64,000 bases of DNA, from NCBI GenBank assembly GCA_030390025.1, contig CM059432.1, forward strand, positions 31,870,001 to 31,934,000. Reading direction: 5' to 3'. This document shows, in pieces, positions 1 to 12,955 of this stretch; within the stretch, counting starts at the first letter, position 1; the number at the start of each line of letters is the position of its first letter. Source of the DNA: Squalus acanthias (lineage: Eukaryota). The notes under the pieces are model-generated. The model did no database searches and was not told the origin of the DNA. It saw only the letters and a program-made list of their open reading frames with translations. The position numbers were made by a program, and so were the translations under genes.

Positions 1-479
1 AAGAAGATGAAGAGCAGAAGTACCATGTTTTAACTGTGAAAGATTACTTGTATTGTTTGGATGTGGAATCAGAGCAAGAGTTGACAGATGAGTGAAGATG
101 GTTATGCATTTTTGTGTAGAAGAAATGAGTCCAAAACAAGAGCACTGGTTGGATTGTATTAAGATTGTTATTGGGGCCAGCCAAACTCAATTTAATGAAA
201 GAGCTACATCTTTCCTCTGACAGAAAGGGTTGGCTCAATTATGGCAAATGCATTGATCTGAGAGCAGTGTGCCAACTGCCTTAATTGGTGCGGAGCCATT
301 GAAAGAAGCTATATGCAGCAGTCGTTCACCCCTACAATGCTTGAACTATTTAAGTCAATTTTATTGACTTGATCACTTCCCAATCATTACTAGGGTTGTG
401 ATTTTCAATTTAACATTCTGAACTCCAAGGATTTCCAGGCAGTTGGTTTGACCCGGTGGAAATATTTTTTAATGACAAA

Positions 480-712
480 AGATAAATTTTGCAAGGCTCC
501 TGATAGTCTTGCTGGACAGGAGTACAGGTTGGATAGTTGGGTGCAAATAGCAGTGTGCTTGATTGCCATTTTCTAAAATATCCTGCCATAAATTTAATGA
601 CTGGGAAATCTGAACTGCTGCGAATTGGGCACATTGATTTCTACACCTGTCTACAATCCCGTTGCCATTGAGTGAAACTGTGCCGGAAGCCGAGCCTTAC
701 AGAATTTACCCT
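480..712. mobile_element. Degenerate palindromic MITE-like element
   Basis: gataaattttgcaaggctc (481-) matches the reverse complement of gagccttacagaatttacc (~692-710) at 16/19. Imperfect dyad symmetry continues inward to a centre near 590. Confidence 0.45.
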
Positions 713-1104
713 ATAGTTCCAGTGGGGTGTGTCCTTTGGAGATTGGCACAGGTTGCTCATCTACATTTTCAGTCTCCTCAGTAAACGATATATGACCACA
801 TAGATGCAAACTCTTGCAGGCTAAAACTAACTAGTATTTATTTACAATTAAGGAGTAAGAGAGTAATATGAGCTTGAATTAAGCTTGGGCCAATACAGAG
901 CTCAACGATTAATGAAAAATGACCATTACAGGAATGAAAAGAATCAGTTTATACATTCTATCAGCTCTGCCACTGCATCACTTTTTTTGTAGGTTTTAAA
1001 CACAATCCATCAAATGCCTAAACATTTCTAGTTTCTTGGTAGATACCTACTTTAGGAACTTTGCCAGGTCTCTCCAGTGACCTTCCTCTCTCAAACAGCA
1101 AGGT

Positions 1105-3130
1105 AGAATCATAGAATGATACAGCACAGAAGGAGGCCACTCGGCCCATCGTGCCTATGCTGGCTCTTTGGTAGAGCTATGCAATTAGTCCCACTCCCCT
1201 GCTCTTTCCCCATAGCCCTGTAAATTTTACCCTTCAAGTATTTATCCAATTTCTATTTGGAAGTTACTATTGAACCTGCTTCCACCACCCTTTCAGGCAT
1301 CCCAGATCACAACTTGCTGTGTAATTTTTAAAAAAAAGTTACCTCGTGTCTTCTCTGGTTCTTTTGCCAATCACCTTAAATCTGTGTCCTCTGGCTACTG
1401 GCCCTTCTGCCACTGGAAACAGTTTCTCCTTACCAACCGTTCATCATTTTGAACACCTCTATCAAATCTCCTCTTGATGCGGAGATGCCGGTGTTGGACT
1501 GGGGTGGACAAAAGTGAGAAGTCGCACACCAGGTTATAGTCCAAATCTCCTCTTAACCTTCTCTGCTCTAAGGAGAACAACGCCAGTTTCTCCAATCTCT
1601 CCACATAACTGAAGCCTTTCATCCCTGGTACCATTCTAGTAAATCTCTTCTGCACCCTCTTAAGGCCTTGACATTCTTCCTAAAGTGTGGTGCCAAAATT
1701 GAACACAATACTCCAGCTGAGGCTTAACCAGTGTTTTATACAGGCTTGGCATATCTTCCTTACTTTTATACTCTATGCCTCTATTTATAAAGCCCAGGAT
1801 CCCATATCTTTTTTAATAGCCTTCTCAACTTGTCCACCTTCAAAGATTTGTGTACCTACACCTCGGGTCACTCTGTTCCTACACACCCTTTAAAAAGGTA
1901 CCATTTAGTTTATATTGCCTCTTCACATTCTTCCTACCAAAATGTATCACTTCACACTTCTCTGCGTTAATTTTCATCTGCCTTGTGTCTGCCCATTTCA
2001 CCAGCCTGCCTATGTCCTTCTGAAGTCTGTTACTATCCTCCTCATTGCTTACTATGTTTCCGAGTTTTGTGGCCAGCTTGGAAAAACAACAGTTCACCAC
2101 TTCTCTCTGCTTTCTGTTCCTTAGACAATTTCATATCCACGCTGCCACTGTCCTTTTTAATCCTATGAGCTTAAATTTTGCTAACCAGTCTATTACGTGG
2201 TACTTTCTCAAATGCCATTTGAAAGTTCATATACATAACATCAACCCTCTCTATTACTTCATTAAAGAACTCAAATCAAGTTAGTCAAACACAATTTGCC
2301 GTAACACATCCATGCTGACTTTCATTTATGAGGCCATACTTTTCCAAATGCAATTAATTTTGTCCCGGATTATTGTCTTTAAAAGTTTCCCTACTACAAA
2401 TGTTAGGCTGACTGGCCTGTAATATCCAGTTTTATCCCTTTCCTCTTTTTTTGAACAGGGGTGTAACATTAGCAATCCTCCAATCCTGACACCAACCCCA
2501 TATCTAAGGAGGATTGGAAGATTGTGGCCAAAGCCTCTGTAATTTCCACCTTTACTTCCCTCAATAACCTAGGATACATCCAGGTGGCTTTTCTACTTTG
2601 AGTACTGCCAACCATACTGGGGATGGGCAATAAATGCTGGCCTTGCCAGCTATGCCCACATCCCATGAACAAATAAAAAAAAAAAACCTTGTAAGTACCT
2701 CCTCTATCTATTTTTATCCCATCCAATGTTGCTACTATCTCCTCCTTTACTGCTGCATTGACAGCATCCTTTTCTCTAGTGAAGACAGAGGGCAGAGTAC
2801 TCATTAGTACCTCAGCCATGCCCACTGCCTCCACAAGATGATCTCCTTTTTGGTTCCTAATCAGCCCCACCCTTGCTTTGACTACCCTTTTACTATTTGT
2901 ATGTTTATGTGTTCCTTTTTTATATTTGCTGCTAATCTATTCTGATACTCTCTCCTTAGCCCTCTTTCTCCCTTTTATAGATCTCTGTACTTTCTGTATT
3001 ATGAACCTTTCAATTGTCATAAGCCTCCTTTTTCTGTTTCATTTTAATCTTTATATTTTTGGACATCCAGGAGCTCTATCTTTGGATACCCTTCCTTTCC
3101 CCCTCATGGGAATGAGTCTACTCTATCTAT
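1105..3130 (-). mobile_element. CR1 LINE, 3' part, degenerate
   Basis: 3' tail aatcatagaat...ggccactcggccc. RT remnants: QKRFTRMVPG...LEQRRLRGDL and LVKWADTRQMKINAEKCEVIHFG. Interrupted at 1476-1541 and ~2612-2686. Confidence 0.85.
1476..1541 (-). mobile_element. 66-bp retro-insertion with 13-bp TSD
   Basis: Flanked by caaatctcctctt at 1463-1475 and 1542-1554. Shares 39/40 nt with the insert at 6077-6125 in the opposite orientation. Confidence 0.8.
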
Positions 3131-4289
3131 AGTATACACCCAGTAGTGTAATTCTTAATATTAACCAAGTAGGTTCTGTCTTTGACTCCTCAACTGTGCT
3201 CTGTGCGCCTTGTTTCTCCCCTCTAATGTTTTACCCTGGTGCCCATCCCCCTACCAAGTTAGTTTAAACTAAAATCTTCTAGTGTATGAAACATGTAGTT
3301 CCTCTCTGATTGCAACATATCCACTGACCTCAGATTAACAGAAGAAATCAGGCAGGATGTTACTGTGTGTGAGATTAATGACAAAGTTTAATTTGCTTGT
3401 GTCGTTCCTTTGGCTACTATTTTAACGCAGATGTTGACTTATTTAGAATAAAAGGGTTCCTACCTCCATTTAAATTGTGGACAGAGGAATTTCATAGGAA
3501 TGCATTAAATGTTCATGCATTAAGATCTCAGAACATAACTTTAGGCTATCATTTTAAACCCGCAATGACATTTGACCAGAGAGAAGCAGCTTTTGAATAC
3601 TTCCATATTGCACTAAACTCATGAAAGGGATATCATAAACCCCGAATGTTATGAGTATTTTAAAATACCATGATAGACTGATATTGCACCATAAAAAGTT
3701 TCATGGCATTACAGAAACATCCTGTTTTGAAAGGATAATAATGTTGGTTAATCTTGTAGCAACAAGCACTCTTAACAATGGTTGAAAGTTATGTGAGCTG
3801 TATGATCTGACAGCCCAACTCAAAGCCCCATGTCTAATTAACCTTTTAACTAGCCTCTACTCTCCATGCTCTTATAAGTGGATCTGTACAAATTCACAGT
3901 TGATGACAGTATGTAATATTAGACGATGCGTTTGGATGACAGTTTTTAAAAATCCCCTACTTTTCTTATAGTAAACTCAGGCCCATGGATTAGACTTCTT
4001 TAGGCATCTGCTGAGAGTTTGAGTGGGAGGTAAAGTGAGGGAATAATCTGATTGCATTTGAACCAGTGCAATGGAGTGGAGTGGCTTGATGTCACTGGCA
4101 CAGCACTATTGTTTGTTGAATAGAGAGGGTCATGCCTTGGAGGGGCTCTAAATATAAATACCTTTCTTAAAAAAAAAAATTATCTACATATGCAATTAAA
4201 GGGAGGGGCTTTAATAGTGCTGTCTTTTGTATTGCCTTTAATGGCGCTTTCCTGTAGTGTTGCTTTGATTGGTGCTTTCCTGTTCTGTT

Positions 4290-4460
4290 GCTCTGGTCAT
4301 CATCACATTGCTGTTTATGGGAGCTTGCTGAGTGCAAATTGGCTGCTGCGTTTCCTACATTACAACAGTGACTACACGTCAAAATTATTTCATTGGCTGT
4401 AAAGCACTTTGGGACGTGCGGTGGTCATGAAAGGCGCTATATAAATGCAAGTCTTTTCTT
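4290..4460 (+). mobile_element. SacSINE1/DeuSINE-like SINE, 3' fragment
   Basis: Matches the 3' half of the full copy at 60384-60833. Ends aaaggcgctatataaatgcaagtc (L2-type tail). Confidence 0.75.
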
Positions 4461-6076
4461 ACTTTAAAGGGAATGGCATCTTTTGGGATTGCCCAATTCT
4501 AAATATCTAAATGTTACAGTGGGGGATGTCTTTATGTTGACTGATGTGCCTCAGTCTTCTCTTATTCTAGCATTTTATATTTTTAACTGGCATGAGACAT
4601 ACTGCATACCAAACTCTGCTGCTGCCGCCACTGGAACAGAGCTTATTATCGGTGAAAGGCTGCTGAGTAAAGTGTCTTCCCTCAGCTGTTTTAAGGTGTA
4701 AAACAAGCAAAAGGGATCGAGAGACACTAGTCAGTGTCCAGATATTTACATTAAGAATTAATGTGATAATTCAGAATAATAACGTTTCTATTCAACCAGT
4801 CATTTTGGCAGGAGTTTCTTAAACCCAAGTTACTGAGGGAAGTTCCCAGAGATGTGTTTGATGAGGTTTTAAAAAAAAAAAAGTTCAATCTCTTACATTC
4901 TCGCCAGTGCAGTGCTATGTAAAAGCAAAACTATCAACGTTTATCCAAGTTACATGAGATTTCATTCACCTTTGTGGTGAATTTTCTGTTCATCAAATTG
5001 AGGGCTGGAGAAGGGGACACTTTCCATTTCAGGCACCCTGTGTTAACATGGAGCACCCCCAGTCGAGCACAGCATGGATAGATGCTCTACACTGCAGTCA
5101 AACACCCTCTACTCTGCCCCAACAATGCGCCTAAGCCACAGTCTCTCAAGGACACCCTGTCGTGCACCAGTGACGTTTTTTCATTTTCCGCACCAGCCAT
5201 CCTGAGAGGTCCTCCATGTGAGACTGTAAATGGAGGGTGATGTGTGGTGAAAAGAGTTCAGCTGAAGAAAGCTTTGCAATTGCGCAATTCTATGCAGAAG
5301 ATTGAGATTTCAATGTGGAATCTCTCATATCCTCGAAGAAATTTTGCTTAATGACTTGGAATTGATGGTATTCCACAGAACATCTCTAATCCGCTGCTCT
5401 CCTGGGTAATCGGCTGCCAATTTTCTATTTAAGATGGTTAAAGACCCAAGAAGTTGACCTTAAAAGAACTGTTAGCAATTTTATTTTTGTTTATTTCTCA
5501 GCATAACAGCTCTCTCTATTGTTCTCCCCACTGCAGGGTATTTTGTTCTGGAGAAATTCATTGAATTTTGCCACAATGGAGATTACTTTTTTCTCCACTT
5601 TGCCCTTTATTCTGCTGAATTTGAGTCAGTAGTGGGCAGGATCTCTTTTGCTGAAAAGTGCCACATGTGGTACATACTATTCTGAAAGATCAGGTGGAAA
5701 ATACGTCTGCTAATTGGAGGGCTGAACTAAGATCAGAAAATGCTAGAAATATACAGCAGACCTGTCAAAAAAAAAATATAGAAAAATCAAGATGAAAAAT
5801 GCTGGCAACTCTCACCAGGTCATTCAGCATCTGCAAGGGAGATGATCAGTCAAAATTGCAGATATTGACCTTTTGTCAGAACTGGAAATTGGGTTATCCA
5901 AGACAATCCTCTTTCTATTACATAGAGACAGTGAATATGAAAATCATTCTACTTATTTCCCTTTTGTAGGCTGCAAGATGTTATAAAGGAAAAAATTTGC
6001 CTTTAGGATGATTTTTAGGCGTGCTGGAGGTCAGCTACTTATATTGGGGTACACAGGGTTGTCTGTTCTATTCATG

Positions 6077-6125
6077 ACATGACCACTTTTGTCCACCCCA
6101 GTCCAACACCGGCATCTCCACATCA
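6077..6125 (+). mobile_element. 49-bp retro-insertion with 13-bp TSD
   Basis: Flanked by tgttctattcatg at 6064-6076 and 6126-6138. Core is acttttgtccaccccagtccaacaccggcatctccacatc. Confidence 0.8.
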
Positions 6126-6942
6126 TGTTCTATTCATGGATGAGAAAGGGCTTTCTAGTACACAGCAAGACTGATGTTTACAGGTGGAGAGCACTTCACT
6201 AAAATTATTTCACTTTTTGAGCTTGATTTTTATATATTAAAGACACAGTTAAGATTTAGAAACCTACCAGGGTAGTTATTTCTTCTATGTGGAATGCCAG
6301 GCTGGGTGAGTGTGTGACAGGCAAGGTGCAACATGCTTAGCATCAAAAATGCCATTGCAGCACCATCTACAGGCATAACCGGTACTACAGGCACTATAAT
6401 GGGTATATCCATAGGGGTAATGTGACCGTAAATTTTTCGTGAAACACACACCCCATGTCCTGAATTTAATATATGATCGATCGATACTCTCTCTTAGCCT
6501 TTCTAATCTTTTGTAGCTTTTCTATACTCTTTTAGATTGGTCCTTGTTTGTTAATCTAACCTGTAAATGTTTAATGCTGTTTTTAGTTTCAAAGATTATC
6601 TAATCTCCTTCATCCATGGAATCCCAACCTCTAACATACTCCTTTTTTTCTTGCATGATTTTTACCCTTTGAATATTCTATATTTTCCATTACTGATCGA
6701 TCTATTTAGGAATTTTCCCTTCCATTTAATCTAGGTAACGTCTCCCTTTATCTAGCTACAATTTACTCATCCCAGTCAAGGACCCTTTGCCTTGATTTTT
6801 CTTTTTCCTTATCTATTCTTGCACTGAGCCTAATTATACTGTGTCATTGTTTCCAAATATTCCCATATTTTTAAGATGTCAACTGCAATCTACCCTCTAA
6901 ATTTTTTTTGTACTGAGCGGGCCATGAACTCCTTGGAGCACG

Positions 6943-9900
6943 ACATAGAAACATAGAAGCATAGAAAAATAGGAGCAGCAGTAGGCCATTCGGCCCTTTG
7001 AGCCTGCTCCGTCATTCAATATGATCATGGCTGATCCTCTATCTCAATACCATATTCCCCCTCTCTCCCCATACCCCTTGGTGCCTTTTGTGTCTAGAAA
7101 TCTATCTATCTCCTTAAATATATTCAGTGACTTGGCCTCCACAGCCTTCTGTGGTAGAGAATTCCACAGGTTCACCATCCTCTGAGTGAAGAAATTTCTC
7201 CTCATCTCAGTCCTAAATGTCCTACCCCCTGAGACTGTGACCCCTGGTTCTTGACCCCCCAGCCAGGGGAAACATCCTACCTGCATCCAGTCTGTCTAGC
7301 CCTGTCAGAATTTTATACATTTCAGTGAGATCCCCCCTCATTCTTCTAAACTCTAGTGAATACAGGCTTAGTCGACCAAATCTCTTCTCATACGACAGTC
7401 CTGCCATCCCAGGAATCAGTCTGGTGAGCCTTCGCTGCATTCCCTCTATGGCAAGTATATCCTTTCTTAGGTAAGGAGACCAAAACTGCACACAGTACTC
7501 CAGGTGTGGTCTCACCAAGGCCCTGTATAACTGTAGTAAGACATCCTTGCTCCTGTACTCAAATCCTCTTGCAATGAAGGCCAACATACCATTTGCTTTC
7601 CTAACTGCTTGCTGCACCTGCATGTTTGCTTTCAGTGACTGGTGTACAAGGACACCAGGTCTCTTTTTATACATCAACATTTCCCAATCTATCACCATTT
7701 AAATGATGCTCTGCCTTTCTGTTTTTTCTACCGAAGTGGATAACTTCACATTTATCCACGTTATACTGCATTTACCATGTATTTGCCCACTCACTCAACT
7801 TGTCTAAATCGCCTTGAAGCCTCTTTGCTGCAACTCGCAATCTAACCTAGTTTCGTGTCGTCAGCAAACTTGGAAATATTATAGTTGGTTCCCTCATCCA
7901 AATCATTGATATATATTGTGAATAGCTGGGGCCCAAGCACTGATCCCTGCGGTACCCCACTAGTCACTGCCTGCCACCCCGAAAAAGACCTATTTATTCC
8001 TACTCTCTGTTTTCTGTCTGTTAACCAATTTTCAATCCATGCCAGTATATTACCCCCAATCCCATGTGCTTTCATTTTGCACACCAACCTCTTATGTGGG
8101 ACTTTATCAAAGGCCTTCTGAAAATCCAAATACACCACATCCACTGGTTGTCCCTTATCTATTCTACGAGTTACATCCTCAAAAAACTCCAGTAGGTTTA
8201 TCAAACACGATTTCCCTTTCATAAATCCACGTTGACTGTCTAATCCCATTGATATTTTCTAAATGTCCTGTTATCACATCCTTTATAATCGACTCTAGCG
8301 TTTTCCCTACTACAGATGTTAGGCTAACCAGTCTGTAGTTCTGTTTTCTCTCTTCCCTCCTTTTTTAAATAGTGGGGTTACATTTGCCACCCTCCAATCT
8401 GCAGGAACTGTTCCATAATCGATAGAATTTTGGAAGATGACAACCAATGCATCCACTATTTCCATGGCTACCTCTTTTAGTACTCTGGGATGCAGATTAT
8501 CAGGCCCTGGGGATTTATCAGCTTTCAGTCCCGTTAATTTCTCCAGCACTTTTTAAATTAATTTCCTTTAATTCCTCCTTCTCACTGGACCCTTGGTTCC
8601 CTAGCATTTCTGAGAAGTTATTTGTGTCCTCTTCTGTGAAGACAGAACCAAAGTATTTGTTTAATTGCTCCGCCATTTCCTTGTTCCCCATTATAAATTC
8701 TCCCGTTTCTGACTAAGGGACATGCATTTGTTTTCACTAATCTTTTTCTTTTTACATACTTGTAGAAGCTTTTACAGTCTGCTTTTATGTTCCTTGCAAG
8801 TTTACTCTCATACTCTATTTTTCCCCTCTTAATCAATCTCTTGGTTCTTTTTTGCTGAATTCTAAACTGCTCCCAATTCTCAGGCTTGCTACTTTTTCTG
8901 GCAACTTTATATGATGACTTTTTGGATCTAATACTATCCTTAATTTCTTTTGTTAGCCATGGTTGGGCCACTTTTCCTTGTGTTTTTGTGCCAGAAAGGA
9001 ATGTATAACTGTTGCAATTCATACATTTGTTCCTTAAATGTTAGCCATTGCCTATCCACCGTCATGCCTTTTAATGAAGCTCCCCAATCTATCATAGCCA
9101 CTCACTCCTCATACCTTTGTAGTTTCCTTTGTTTAGATTTAGGACCTTAGTTTTGGATTGAACTACTTCACTTTCCATCTTAATGAAGAATTCTACCATG
9201 TTATGGTCACTCTTCCCTAAAGAACCCCACACAACAAGATTATTAATTAACCCCTTCTCATTGCACAATACCCAATCTAGGATAGCCTGTTCCCTAGTTG
9301 GCTGCTCAGCGTACTGGTCTAAAAAACCATCTTGTACTTACTCCAGGAATTCATCCTCCACAGTATTATTGCTAATTTAGTTTGGCCAGTCGATGTAGAT
9401 TAAAGTCTCCCATGATTACTGTAGTACCCTTGTTACATGCATCCCTAATTTCCTGTTTTGATGCCGTCCCCTACATTTCCACTACTGCCTATAGACAATT
9501 CCCACCTATGTTTTCTGCCCCTTGGTGCTTCGTAGCTCCACCCGGACTGATTCTACATCTTGATTTTCTGAGCCAATATCCTTTCTCGCTATTGCTCTGA
9601 TTTAATCTTTTACTAACAACGCCACCCCACCTCCTTTTTTCTTTTTGCCTGTCCTTCCTAAATATCGAATATCCTTGGATATTCAGCTCCCAGCCTTGGT
9701 CACCCTGCAGTCATGTCTCCGTAATTGCAATTATATCGTATCCATTTACATCTGTTTGCGCTGTTAATTTGTCTACCTTATTACGAATGTTTCGTGCATT
9801 CAGATACAGTGCCTTTAGATTGTCTTTTTAACATTTTTAGACATCTTAACATTTTTTTGTACTATGGCCCTATTTATCTTATTACCATTTTTTCTTACCC

Positions 9901-10005
9901 GGACCCTATTTGTTAGTGCACTCTTGTTTATGCGCTCTGTCCCTTCCTGACACAATCAGGTTATCCTTACCCCAGTCACTTTCCTGCACTGCTTCCTTGT
10001 CTTTT
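6943..10005 (-). mobile_element. CR1 (HER1-like) LINE, ~3 kb of ORF2, frameshifted
   Basis: (CATAGAAA)n-type tail. ORF pieces with [34 protein letters not shown] and [15 protein letters not shown]. Endonuclease start (YLNARNIRNK) near 9775-9805. Confidence 0.92.
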
Positions 10006-11357
10006 CGTCCGTGGGCAAATTTTACAACAACAACAACTTTTACAATAGCAACCACTTAAAAGAATATATAGAGTAATGCCATATTGCCACTCCACTGTCT
10101 CAAATCATGAGACAATCATATAAGGTTCTATACAAGTTTAACATAACTTCTCTGCTTTTGTATTCTATTCCTCTAGAAATGAACCCCAATGCTTTATTTG
10201 CACATTTATGGCTTTTTTAACCTGCGTTGCTACTTTTAATGATTTGTGAATCTATACCTCTAGATCCCTTTGCACCTCTACCCCATTTAGAATCTTATTT
10301 TCCAAGGAGTAGGTCGCCTCCTTATTCCTCCTACCAAAATGCACCATCTCGCACGTATCTATATTGAAATTCATTTGTCATTTACATGCCCATTCTGCAA
10401 TTTTGTTTACGTTAGAATTAATTAAGTTTTTAGTTCATCATGTACAAACTCTTTTTTTTAATTACTTGTCAGAAATGACTGGGATATAAAAGAACTGCAT
10501 AATAATGCATTAACACTTCAGAAACGTCACTCCGTTACACGGTTATGCATTGACAAACAATCCAAAAGCCCAAGGTGAGCTGAAAGAGGCATATCTATTC
10601 ATGCAATTTTTATTAATTTTAAAGTTTTCAACATGTTAGCCCATCCCTCATGTCACTATAGCAATGGCTGCACAAGCAGCAGGAGGAGCAGCTTTCCTAT
10701 GGCGCTGACGTGCTGTCCGTCCAGATACGTAATTAGAATATTAATCACAATGCAACCAGACAACCAACAAATATAAAGTGCTGTAGTTCTTTAGTTCATA
10801 GTATTAAAAAGAATGAACAAAAACAGGTATCCATATTTTCAACTTCAATCACTTCCATTAATAAACGTGGTGGTCTTGAACCAGCACATCGCGCCCCCCC
10901 CCCCCCCCCCACCATGTAACATGTCAAAAATGCAGCACTTATTCACAAGTGCAGAAAAACACATACACAATTTGTGTCACCGAATTTAAAAACAAAAAGC
11001 AGGAAAAGCTATGACTTAACAGGAATAAACATTCATCTTTCTTCCTGGACAGGAGAACCAATCAGACTGACTTGGAAATGTTTACTAATATGTTGATGTA
11101 AAAATATTAATTTACAAATTTCGCTTCTAATGTTTTTCTCTCAAACATTCTCCACAATATTAATCCCTGCTCTTATCACACAAAATTGTTGAATTATTTT
11201 AGGTACTTCGCAATTAAATAGCGGGAAACAAACTTCATTGTGTATTCAATTTTTAATTTCATATTTCAAACATTTATACCAAATCGAAATTGTATATTAT
11301 CAGTTTAATCGAAGTATTTTCTGTCTTTCTCAATAAACAAATAGTAGTTTCTTCTAA

Positions 11358-11578
11358 TACGATAGCAAAATACTGCGGATGCTGGAAATCCGAAATAACA
11401 ACAGAAAATGCTGGAAAAACTCAGCAGGCCAGGCAGCATCCGTGGAGAGAGAAACAGAGTTAACGTTTCAGGTCAAAACCCTTCGTCGGAAGGGTTTCGA
11501 CCTGAAACGTTAACTCTGTTTCTCTCTCCACGAATGTTGCCTGGCCTGCTGAGTTTTTCCAACGTTTTCTGTTATTTT
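11358..11578. mobile_element. Fold-back mini-element made of two inverted Penelope-type ends, 14-bp TSD
   Basis: ~90-bp inverted arms centred near 11486. gtagtttcttctaa duplicated at 11344-11357 and 11579-11592. Confidence 0.8.
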
Positions 11579-11629
11579 GTAGTTTCTTCTAAAGTAATTT
11601 CTTGCCATTTTTATACATTATTACATAGG

Positions 11630-12378
11630 TCAGAGAATGCGGAGTCAGGGACAAGTAACAGAATGGATAGCTAGCTAGCTTCAAGACAGAAAACAGAGTG
11701 TAGGGGTAAAGGGTACTATTCACTGGCAGAAGGTGGGTAGTGGTGTTCTACAAGGATCAGTGCTGGGACCACTGTTCATAATTTATATTAACAATTTAGA
11801 CTTTGGAATCAAAACCTTAATTTCTAAATTTGCGGATGACACCAAATTGGGGGGGGATAGTCAATACTGAGAAGGACTGCAACAAATTACAGGAGGACAT
11901 TAATAAACTTGCAGAATGGGTATATAATTGGCAAGTGACATTCAACACAGATAAATGTGAGCTATTACATTTTGGCAGGAAGAATAGTGAGGTCACTTAT
12001 TACTTGGAGGGTGCGAGTCTCGGTGGATAGAGTAACAAAGGGATTTCGGAGTACACAAATCACTAAAAGTAGCGACACAGGTTAGCAAGGCCATAAAAAA
12101 GCAATTCAAGCACTCGGGTTTATTTCTAGAGGTATAGAATTGAAAAGTAGGGAAGTTATGCTAAACCTGTATCGAATCTTGGTTAAACCACACTTAAAAG
12201 TACTGCGTACAGTTCTGGTTGCCATATAAAAAGGATATAGAGGCACTGGAGAGGGTGCAGAGAAGATTTACAAGGATGATAACGGAAATGAGAGGGTATA
12301 CATATCAGCAAAGGATGAACAGGATGGGTCTCTTTTGAAAAGAGAAGGCTGAGGGGTGACCTAATAGAGGTCTTTCAT
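11630..12378 (+). mobile_element. CR1 RT fragment inside the hAT element
   Basis: [10 protein letters not shown] and FNTDKCELLHFGRKN remnants. A related minus-strand fragment lies at ~10085-10410. Confidence 0.75.
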
Positions 12379-12955
12379 AATTTTGAAACCTTTCATAATT
12401 TTAGTTTCTCTCTTTTCCCAAAGCCTGCTCCTGCGTGCCTAAAGAATGAGCCTGTGGGACAAGATTGAAAAGAGTGCCTGTGCGCTGGAGCTCGCTGCAG
12501 CAGGACTGCGCCGCCTGCAGTGCCTGGTGCGCGGTTGCCTTGAGGTGGCTGCGCACCCACACAGCTTAGGGGGAACAGTGGTCAACTTGCTCATCTTCCT
12601 TACCCAGAGCCAGATCAAATAGTGCTTCCTTCCTTGTAGAAGTAGCAATGTATCAATTGAGAAAACATTACTGAACACCCCGCAAAAAATTCTCCTCTTT
12701 CTCAGCACAGACATTTTTCCTGTCCCAGTCCATTTTTGGATAATTAAAAGCTCTTACAATTCTATTATTAAATCACCCCTTTCTTATTTGTGTATAAATT
12801 TCCATCTTCACTGTTCGGCAGTCTCTAATATACTGGCAATAGTGTGGCTATTCCTCAGTGCAATTAAAGGGAATTCTGTTTAGACCACTTCTCTGTTTTA
12901 ATCTTGACAGAGTTCATTCCTTTCATATGTGGTAGTGTCTAATCTCTGCTTGATT

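Larger units (their letters stand above)
6886..12580. mobile_element. Non-autonomous hAT-type DNA transposon with nested insertions
   Basis: Left end caatctaccctctaaatttttttt and right end cagcttagggggaacagtg resemble the ends of the MITE at 47965-48117. 8-bp flanks gtcaactg (6878-6885) / gtcaactt (12581-12588). An old CR1 endonuclease remnant resumes on either side. Confidence 0.6.
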
